Assembly (NCBI GenBank): GCA_964035545.1
Contig: OZ037765.1
Span: forward strand, 26,721,504-26,785,503
DNA length: 64,000 nt
Reading direction: 5' to 3'
Origin: Bugula neritina
Lineage: Eukaryota > Animalia > Bryozoa
The notes under the pieces were generated by a model. That model made no database searches. It was not told the origin of the DNA and worked only from the letters and a program-made list of their open reading frames with translations. Made by a program: the position numbers and the translations under genes. Below, piece by piece: positions 53,639 through 64,000 of the stretch. The stretch's first letter is position 1, and every line of letters starts with the position of its first letter.

Positions 53639-56125
53639 GGTTGATAGATAGACTTTGTTAAAAGACACAAAAAGGAAGGAAATAAATGAAGTTAAAATAA
53701 AAAAATGTTTGAGCTTAAAACTGACACTTTGCAGAGAATGCTCTAAAAGAAATCTACTCTGATCACCAAAGCAATAGGCCTATAATCTGTTAGCTATACA
53801 TTCAGTTGTTCAGCTACAGTTAGCTATTGTATTTTATAAAGGAGATTTAACGATGGTAAAGTAAAAGAGAACAGGTCTGTGGCTAAACCAATTAATTTCA
53901 TGGGCGTTTTAAACAAAAATCCAGCCATTCTATAACAAAAATTCACCTCAATTCAGTAGACTTAGTTCTGTAGGAGAACAAAAATATTTATAAATGATGT
54001 TGAAATATTATAGTATATGCACTCAACTGCACCTTAGAAATATAGAAGTTTAATCAGTTTCACTTAGAAGTGTTACATTATATATAACAATTTTATGAAA
54101 ACTTTAAACAAGAAACAGCCATTTTAACAAAAATTCACCTGGATTTAGGATTCTATATTATAGGAGAACAAAGGTATTTATAAATGATGTTGAAATATGC
54201 ACTCAATTGCACATTTGAATCTGACTATAATATATCTGCAGTTACAGCACACAAGTTATTTCTCCCTTGTATTATATGTCCAATACTATTTGGTTGAGAT
54301 GACATGGTATCTGAAGTAAGAGTATTAATTTGATTTTAAACAATGTGTCACCAGTTTCACTTAGAAGCATTACACTATACAACAGTTTTGTATAAAGAAT
54401 TCTAAGATTCCTCGCAACATACAGTGATCTCTGATTAGGTCTACCCCTGATGAATTATTTAAATAATATAATATTAATTGTATTGCTTATTGATTTACCT
54501 TGAAACTTTTAGCTACAAAATATATACTGCAAAGTGCTTAGTTGATATACTATATACTTTATATATTTCTTTTACCTTGAAACTGCAACTTGACTTTTAG
54601 AAGATTTTTTAAAATTGGACAGAAATATTTTGACATTATTCACCCTATAGTTGAAAAATAAGAATTTTCCTTATAGCAAAAAGCGAAAATTATAATTTGT
54701 GGTAATATCTATCAGTGTAAGTATACATACAAGTTGATTATAAATGTACATCAATTACACACAGACATGATAGATCATGGACTAAACTTAGCTGAAAGAC
54801 GCAGGAATTAAAAGCACCCAATTAAATACATAATGGACAATATCCTATTTTGACTAAAATACTTTCAATACTCATGGTAGGTTACATAATAGATAAAATT
54901 TCATGACTGAATGAAATAGTATTTATAGACTAAACAATACAATTGGTTAGCTCAATTGTTCTGGCACAGCTATACAATGGTTCATAGCTGTTGTATTTCT
55001 AAAGCTGTTTAAAAGGTAGAAGAATAACTAAAAGCAGATTTTGATCTGTACACTATTGATTAATAATGGTAATTACTGCTTTAAATTTTTGTAACTTGAA
55101 AAAGAAGTTATTAAATAAATGGCCCTGTAAAAAACTATATATTGTCATACCTGCATGATTATCACTGTTCGATCTTTTCATTATGCTATTGTTGAATTTT
55201 TAACATGGTGCACTAATTTAGTACTACAGCATAGATAAAGTGTATTTATAGTAATATTTACAAATAGTTAAGAGAAAAAACTTATGCTTTGAATAATTAC
55301 CATATTTTAGAAAGATATTCAGTTGAAGTAGTGAAATAACACTTGTTTTGATATATGTGCTATAGCACTTATTGTGCTAAATATAAACAGGCGTACTTAT
55401 GACAGATAACGAAAGTTTACATGTCAAATAATAATTATCAACTTTAAAAAGTAATTCTTCACATTGAATTAAAGCCAGCTGAATGATTCTTGCTAAATTT
55501 TTTGATATGCTTGTTTAAAAATTTAATAAATGTTGTGCTGCTGTAATATAGTTATAGAAATAAAGTGATTATCCAAAACACATACTCTTTTCAGTATGAT
55601 GTTTATTTATTGCAATATGTTTTTAAAATAGAATATAATTGAATAGAAAATATAATTAACTAAAGTATAGGTATAACTTTAATTTCATGACACAAGTATC
55701 TAACCTATGAATAATAAGACATTTATAAAAGAAGACTATAGAGTTAATTACTAAATGTTGGCAAAAAACTGTTTTAAATGATAAAAGTAGCAATTGATTT
55801 AAATCACCTGTCTTAAAATCCAGTTTGTTACGACACTAAGTATTTTGCATTTTTTAAATTAGTTTTGTGTTTTAGATGCATATATATTTGAATCCCTATA
55901 TTGGAGTGAATTCATCCTTCATAAAACTTTATTCAGTGGCTTTAGTTCCAGGTACAATTAAAGGGTATGTAAAATTGAGAATCTAAGGAGGGTTGTATAA
56001 ATTAGCGTTATCAAAGTGTAGAAGTATGCCAATGTACAGCCTCAAAGACAGCAAACAAAATAATTCATTCTGTGTCTGTGCTGAAATCTGCCTGTAAATT
56101 TCTGCTTTTAAACATCATCAGCAAT

Positions 56126-56706
56126 TCAAGTTTCTTGGTTATGCTTTTTCATGTGAGAAACAAGGCTTCCTTTTTGAGAAGCCTTGTAGTCACATAGTTT
56201 ACAGTGGAATGGTTTCTCTCTAGAGTGTGTCCTCATGTGTAAAGTTAGGGTGCTTTTAAGACGGAAAGCTGTTATACAAACGTTGCACTCATATGGTTTT
56301 TCTCCAGTGTGTGTTCTCATATGTTTCGTGAGAGTAAGTTTCTATTGATAAAAGTAGGCTCCAGTTCAATACTACATTGATCTCTAAAATATAATTCCTG
56401 TCTGTGTTGATTAGGTATTTGAAAAGTCCCATTCACTACCATAACTGCAAAAAAGATATATAAAAAAAAAACAATATAAATTGACATTTACATTAAAAAG
56501 AGTTACTTTCAATTGGTTTGACTTTTTCACTTTGAATATTGACAGATGAAGAAACAATATATTAAAAATATTACAAACTTCCATTGCCATTTAAAAGTTT
56601 GTTTTTAAAATTTTTGCTTTTTCATAACAACTAATCACATATATATACTGAGAATGTTCTTGTTTTACACGTTTCTATACTTACATTGATCATCACCCAC
56701 AGACAT
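56126..56706 (-). pseudogene. Unit 9: internally deleted pseudogene; the 5' part of exon 2 is fused out of frame to the last two fingers
   Basis: The junction near 56336 reads ...ATCAATAGAAACTT|ACTCTCACGAAACATATGA on the minus strand, giving FINRNLLSRNI*. The start exon 56706-56685 carries a 3-nt insertion. Confidence 0.85.
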
Positions 56707-59700
56707 GGTGTATAAACTAAACTTAGCTAAACGACACAAAAGTAAAAGGAAATAGATGATGTTAAAATAAAATATGTTTGAGTTTCACTATAAAACTGAC
56801 AGACATACACTTTGCAGAAAAATGTTCTAAAATGAATCTAATCTGATTGCCAAAGCAATATAATCTGTTAGCTATACATTCAGTTGTTGAGCTACAGTTA
56901 GCTACCGTATCTTATAAAGGAGACTTGACAATGGTAAAGTAAAAGAAAACAGGCCTGTGGTTAAATTTTTACTACTCAATTGTTTTGTACTTTTGTTTTA
57001 AAATAGCTATAACTTCTATAATATATAGATATACATCAATAGCTAAAACAGTTTAAGTGCAATATTATTTCTCTAAATTAATATTGAATTTAAGTGGATT
57101 TAAATTTACAGCTTTAGATCAAGCACAATAATTCAAAGCTACATTGACAAGCAAGTTTGCTTCCTTTCTTATAAATTATGTTTATGTATTTATAACAACT
57201 AATATATTTCGGTGTCATCCCACATAAACACTTCCCAGTTAGACGATAAGCTAACTTTCCCACTTGGACGTTTCCCACATGAACAATTCCAAGTTAGGCG
57301 CTAATTATTTATATTGCTATAATATATGTTTTATGTGCTATTTATTACATTATTATTTAAATATATGTATACTCAAATAAAGCACCTAAATAATTTTTTT
57401 GGGTCTGCATTAACATATTAATTTTACATATTTTTTGCTTCTTGTTTGAACAGATATTTTGTTAATGAGTATTCAATAATTAAAGATAATGTTTATTGTT
57501 AATCTATTATTGTTTTTGTCCCACACAAATCTATGAAAATCTGAGTGTTATTTCAGATGATCCATGCTGTTAGCTATTATAGCTATTAGCATTTTAGCTA
57601 TTTAGCAATGAATGCGACAGTTATATAGGTACACATATGTAAGTATATTACTGTATAATTATACAACACCTAAATAAAAAATAGCGTCTAACTGAGAATC
57701 GTTCATGTGGGAAATTTAGCCTAACTGGGAAGAGTTTATTACGGATAAAACCACTATTTCCACTTCTTTGATGCTAGCATTTTTTAAACCTGTAATAAGG
57801 AACAAAGTTTACATTTACATCTACATCTACAAGTTGAGAATTCAAAAACACTTGAACTGTTCATATACTTGCATTTATAAAATTTCCCCCCTTCACTGAG
57901 ATTTGAACCCTAGATTTACAGCTTGCAAACATGCAGGCACAATATGACCATTACATCACATGGACTACAAGATTCCCCATGCACAACTAACAGCGATCTT
58001 TGATTAGGTCTACCTTGATAAATTATTTAAGTAATAATATAGTAATTGCATTGCATATTGGTTTACCATGAAACATTCAGTCAGAAAATAAGTTATGTTG
58101 TATGTTGCATGCTTGGTTGATATGCTGTATGCTATATATTTCTTTTACTTCTAAACTGCAACTTGACTATTAGAAGAGTTTTTAAAGGCTGACAGACACA
58201 TTTTAGCATAGAATTATCCACCCTATAGTTGCACAATAACTATTTTTCTTATAGCAAAAAATCAAAAAGAACTATAATACTGTGGTAAATTGTATTAGTC
58301 TAAGTACATGCAGGTTGATTATAGATGCACATTAATTACACACAGACCTGATAAATGGGCTAAACTTAGCTGGAAAGTACAGGAAGTAAAAGCACCCAAT
58401 AAAATACGTAATAGACAGGATACGACTTTTACTAAAATAGTGTTATAACAAATAATTAAGTGAAATATAATTCAATAACCCAACAATATAACAATTTGTT
58501 AGCTGAATTTTTCTTGTACAGCCGCCATGACTCATGACTGTTGTATTTACAAAGTTGCTTAAAAAGTGGGAGAATAACTAAAATAGAGATTTTTATCTAC
58601 ACTATTGATTAATAATAGTAATTACTGATTTGAATTTTCGTAACTTGAAAAAGAAGTTATTAAATAAACGGCCCTGTAAAACATTATATATATATATATT
58701 GTTATGTCTGCATGAATATCACTGTTTAATCTTTCCATCATGTTTGCGCTAATTTAGTGCTTATATAGCATAGATAAAGTGTATTTAAGTAGGTAATATT
58801 TAAAAATAGTTAAGAGAAAAAATTATGCTTTGGATAGTTACTATATTTTAGGAAAATATGCAGTTGAAGCAGTGAAATAACACTTGTTTTGATATATGTG
58901 TTATATAGCACTGGTTGTGCTATATATAAACAGGCGTACTTATGACAGATAACTAAAGTTTACATATCAAATGATAATTATCAACTCTAAAAAGAAAGTG
59001 TTCACATTGATTTAGAACCAGCTGAATGATTATTGTTAAAATTGTTGATATGTTTGTTTAAAAATTTAATAAATGTTGTGCTGCTGTAATAGTTATAGAA
59101 ATAAAGGGATTATACAGAACAATACTCTTTTCAGTATGATGCTTACTTATTGCAATATGTTGTTAAAATAGAATATTATTGAACAGAAAATATAATTAAC
59201 TAAAATAATAGGTATAACTTTAATTTCATGACACATGTATCTAACCTATGAATAATATGACATTTATAAAATAAGACTATAGAGTTAATTACTAAATGTT
59301 GGCAAAAGACTGTTTTAAATGGTAAAAGTAGCAATTTATTATAAATCCCTTTTCGTAAAATTTGGTTTGTGATAACACTAAATATTTTGTATAATAGTAA
59401 AAAACAGCTAGATAGTCAACTACAAATAGATTTATATATAATGTTAGATTATTCAGGGTACCAGAATTAGGCAGTTTTTAAATTGGTGTTGTGTTTTAGA
59501 TGCATATATATATTTGAATCCCTATATTGGACTGAATTCATCCTTCATAAAAAATTTTTTGGTGACTTTAGTTCCAGGTACAATTAAAACATATGTAAGA
59601 ACTAGCAATATTAATTGTAGAAGTATGCCATTACAGCCTCAAAGACAGTAAACAAAATAATTCCTTCTGCGTCTGTGCTGAAATCTGCTTGTAAATTTCT

Positions 59701-59722
59701 GCTTTTAAACATCATCAGCAAA

Positions 59723-62369
59723 TCAAGTTTCTTGGTTATGCTTTTTCATGTGAGAAACAAGGCTTCCTTTTTGAGAAGCCTTGTAGTCACATAGTTTACA
59801 GTGGAATGATTTCTCTCCCGTGTGTGTCCTCATGTGTAAAGTTAGGGTGCTTTTAAGACGGAAAGCTGTTTTACAAACGTTGCAGTCATATGGTTTCTCT
59901 CTCGTGTGTGTTCTCATATGATTCCTGAGAGTACTTTGCTGTGCTGACTTGTAGTCACATTGATCACATTGAAATGGTTTTTCTCCAGTATGAGTTCTCA
60001 TGTGTTCGGTTAAATAATTTTTATGAGCAAAAGCATAACCACAGACTTTACACTCAAATGGTTTCTCTCCAGTGTGTATTCTCATGTGCAAAACAAGACA
60101 ATTTTTGTACCCAGTTTTGAAGTGACACACACTGCATTCAAATAGTTTCTCTCCAGTGTGTTTCCTCATATGCTTAGTAACATTACTTTTCTGTGCTGAC
60201 TTGTAGTCGCATTGATCACATTGGAAAGGTTTTTCTCCAGTGTGTTTTCTCATGTGCAGAATAAGAAAACTTTTGCGTCCAGTTTTATAGTCACATACAT
60301 TGCACTCGTGTGGTTTTTCTCCAGTATGTTTCTTTATATGCCGGGTCAGATCAGCTTTATGTACTGACTTGTAGTCACAATGACCACACTGGAATGGTTT
60401 CTCTCCAGTATGGATTCTCATGTGTGCGGTGAGACTCTTTTTCCAAATGAAAGCTTGACTGCAAACTTTGCAAACACAATGTCTCTCTTTTGTGTGTCTT
60501 CTCATATGATGGACAAGACAATTTTTACGTTCAGTTAGGTAATTACATAGATGGCATTGAAACCCTTTCTTCTCTGTGTGTAATTTTCTATGTTTAGCAA
60601 GTCCAGCCTGTTTTGTAGATTCACCTTTACAATTAGTATGTACAAGTTTTTTCTGGTTGCAGTTTGCTTTTGCTGGAATTACTAAATCTTCTTTCTGGTC
60701 AAACACATCTCCAGGTATGTTAGTAGTTACATGCATATTTTCAATAGTAGGATTTTCTGTAATTATGTCTGAGTTGTATTCATGTGCTCCTTTACACAAT
60801 GAAGTCACCAAATTATCCAAAGTGTTTCCATTATCAAATTCCGTTTGAATTCTCTCTGTAAAATATAAAACAATTAAAACGCCTAAAGTTTCTACTAATC
60901 AGTTTTTAGGTCTTACCTACTCTAAGTTTTTCATTTTTGTCATGCAAACTCATTCTCTCAGTTGAAAAAGATAACGCTTGTATCTAAATCTATTGCTCCT
61001 GTGCATCTGTTGATGAAACAAAAAGAAATTTCTATTTCATGGTATTTTACTCAATTTAATTAATCAAAAGTTGTTAATTCTAAAGCTGGTGTATGGTATT
61101 TTGCATTCTCACAAAAACCAACTTTGAACGCAAATAATTTCAGATATAGTTATGTAATATTATCAACTAACTTTTTCAAAATAGGATAGGTATTAAAATA
61201 ATTTGATTAAAACATAAATTAGCAAGTAAACTTCTCTCAATTTAGTCAACTGCTTGCTCAACCTCATTGAACTTCAATTTGAAAAGAATACAAAACGTCT
61301 AAAAACATGCTCATTATGATACACCCATAATATTATAGTTTTGAAAGCATTTGTTGTACATCTTCTTAGATATACTCACCAGTTGAGTCAATACTATATC
61401 TAAGAATAAGTAGTAACCACAAATGTCAACCATTTTTAGAAATGTCCGAACTTTCTGTACGGCATTGCTTTACGCCAGGATCAAGCACTGCTTGATCTTC
61501 AGCCCAGACACATTAAAATAGCTGACATTTTACTTTGCGGCCTATACATTACAGCAAAGTGTGTTTAGGAGAAAATAGTACTTCCACAATGTACAGCTAA
61601 AATAGCCTATACAAATTTTGCCCTTTATATTCATAGGATTCGAACCAGAGACCATATTACATTGCGTGGAAGGGGCTTTGAGATTCCTAACAACATATTC
61701 TTAGATATTCTTACCAGTTGAATTGGAATCTGTTGTAACATTCAGTCCTAAAACTGTAAAAGCCTCAGAGATAACTTCAGACAGAGGATTATCAGGTTCT
61801 TTTGGTATACAAGTGTCATATACTGAAGATTCTGTGTTAACAGAGTTATGATTGTTTGTATGATCATCAGTGAGAAATGAAGTGAATGAGTTTACAGGAT
61901 TTATATTTTGATTTGGAATATAATTCTCAAAGAAGCCATTCTCTAAGTATGAGTCTGAGACTGTAGTTGACATGTCAAGAAGAGGTTGAGTGTCTGATAC
62001 TACTGGATGATGTTTATACTGTGACACAAAGTTTCTATTAATAAAAGTAGGCTCCAGTTCAATATTGCATTGATCTCTAAAATATGGTTCCTGACTGTGT
62101 TGATTAGGTATTTGAAAAGTCCCCTGTTTTACCATAACTACAAAAAAGTTTTTAAAAAACAATATAAATTGACATTTACATTAAAAAAAGTTATTTTTAA
62201 TTGTTTTGCCTTTTTTACTTCGAATATTGACAGTGGAAGAAACAATATATTAAAAATATTACAAACTTACATTGCCATGCATTTAAAAGTTTAAAATTTT
62301 TGCTCTTTCATGACAAATATTCACATATTATTACACATTATTATACTTACATTGATTACCCACCGACAT
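59723..62369 (-). CDS. C2H2 zinc-finger gene, unit 10 (10 fingers). Exons 62369-62351, 62137-61715, 60855-59723
   Basis: Intact three-exon frame. Confidence 0.88.
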
Positions 62370-63258
62370 GGTTGATAAACTAAACTTTATAGCTAAAAAC
62401 TCCGAAAGGAAGGAAATAAATGAAGGTAAAAGATTCACTATAAAACTGTCAGATATACCTACACATTGTAGAAAAATGTTCTAAAAGAAATTTAATCTGA
62501 TCACCAAAGCAATATAATCTGTTAGCTATACATTAAGTTGCTCAGCTACAGTTAGCTATTGCATGGGGGTGAAGGGTCACCTAAGAAGTTCTTTGCATTT
62601 TTATGTGCGAACCATGCATTATCTTTTTCTATTTTATTGTGACTTTCATTATTGCCCATCATTTCCACTTCTTTGATGTTATAGCTTATTGTTTAGCCCT
62701 GTGCCCAAGAATAGAGCTTAGGTTTACACCTACAAGTTGAAAATCCTAAAACATTTGAACATCTTCATATTTGCATTTTACTTGTGAATTCAGCTCTGCA
62801 ATTATAGCTATTTAAAGCCATTTTTTCACCTTTGTCCTACTCATGAAACATTGCAGCAACCTATGGAGTTCAATAATACAATATAATATTGCTATTTTTC
62901 TTTTCATTGTACTTTCGAGGTTAAAATGGTTTTTCAATTTTTCAGTTCGATATTAAATAATGCAATATACCTGGATTAGATTACATCAGCTGAAAAAAAG
63001 CAATTAATCAAGGAAAAATAATTATGTTTATGGACTTGAAATAATTTACAAAATGGAAGATGTAATAGATGTTGTACAAGTACCGCTAATAATCTTGGGC
63101 CCGCGTACCACTAGCCATGCTATTTCGCACTGGGCCTCATCATCACTTCCGACAGCTTATTTTGATATACTGTTATTTGTTACTATGTTTCTTTTCTAAT
63201 TGCTTGTTCTGCTCTTGTAAATTATCCTAGTTGTAAAACACTATGTTATGATGAAAAT

Positions 63259-63261
<3 letters not shown>

Positions 63262-63305
<44 letters not shown>
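63262..63305. repeat. (CA)n microsatellite
   Basis: Directly visible. Confidence 0.97.
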
Positions 63306-63307
<2 letters not shown>

Positions 63308-64000
63308 CATCGATATTATATCAATATGAAGCTGGAAGTATAAATATATTATTATTCTTGAAGGGTTTACCATATGTTATCATGTAAAGTGTCAAATGGT
63401 GGGCTTTGATATGTCAAGTGCTAGGCTAAGCATTGTCATTTCAACGAAACAGATTGGCCTGTATTGCAAGTTTCGTCCATTTTATTTTAACCAAACATTC
63501 CTTTACATTTGAACGTAGAGTTAAAAGCAATAAATGCTTCTTTCACTTATATTTTATATTCAACCTTCCTGGTTTGCTTCAATAGACAGAATGAAGGGAA
63601 GGGGTTTTTTTATAGCTTATTATGATAAATATACCACAATAAAACAAGCTTGTATATATTGAACCCAATATAGGTCAATTAAGTTATTTATTTCAAACAA
63701 AAAGCAGTTTGCAAGACAAAAATGAAGAAAAAATAGATCCAAAAAATATATAAATAAATTTTATACAAGTAGCAAATTATAATCTGAAGTTTATGGAACA
63801 CAGTATAGAAAGTTTACAGCTAAGGTGCTGTTAGAGAGTATTTCCATTGTGGCTGTACTTCAACTAAACTTGAAGAATAATATTTAATATAATTCACAGT
63901 TATTTCCTAAGCACATAGATTTGAAATCATAACAAAAACATTTACCCTGAAATGCCAACCTTATATTTAAACCTAAATTCTAATTTTGAAATTAGCATAT

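Larger units (their letters stand above)
13400..62990. repeat. Tandem segmental array of 10 zinc-finger gene units (~3.5-6 kb each, one inverted); boundaries approximate
   Basis: Coding and non-coding blocks recur in most units, e.g. GGTAGATGGGCTAAACTTAGCTGG, CTAACCTATGAATAATATGACATTTATAAAA and TTCAGCTACAGTTAGCTATTG. Confidence 0.95.

Noticed and set aside
15968-62369. Orthology to PRDM9, REST, CTCF or KRAB-ZFP genes
   Set aside because: No SET or KRAB domain is visible, and generic CDYK/TGEKP similarity is insufficient for a gene symbol.

Overview
AT-rich eukaryotic DNA with GT-AG spliceosomal introns, most likely an invertebrate animal; the species cannot be assigned from the sequence. All exon models were assembled by hand from splice signals and frame continuity. 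(1) 331-3592 (+): the last 10 coding exons of a class-V aminotransferase/cysteine-desulfurase-like gene whose 5' end lies outside the window. (2) 5305-11796 (-): a complete 11-exon SLC13/Indy-type Na+/dicarboxylate-sulfate transporter of about 569 aa. (3) About 13.4-63 kb: a young tandem array of 10 paralogous C2H2 zinc-finger genes, nine on the minus strand and one inverted. Each has a 19-nt start exon (MSVG[N/D]Q), a 423-nt exon encoding a conserved acidic N-terminal region I do not recognise, and a terminal exon with a variable, reshuffled finger array (5, 7, 7 with a nonsense codon, 11, 0, 11, 5+1 frameshifted, 9, 2 remnant, 10). The most unusual structure is in the intron between the N-terminal exon and the finger exon. 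The splice donor is the left arm of a 21-bp inverted repeat that bounds a tRNA-like-containing element flanked by 7-bp direct repeats (TCAACTG). The far end forms a loxP-like arm-spacer-arm site that also reads as a branchpoint/AG/17-nt micro-exon/GTGAGT cassette. Several MITEs, tRNA-derived SINEs, hairpins and microsatellites are also present.
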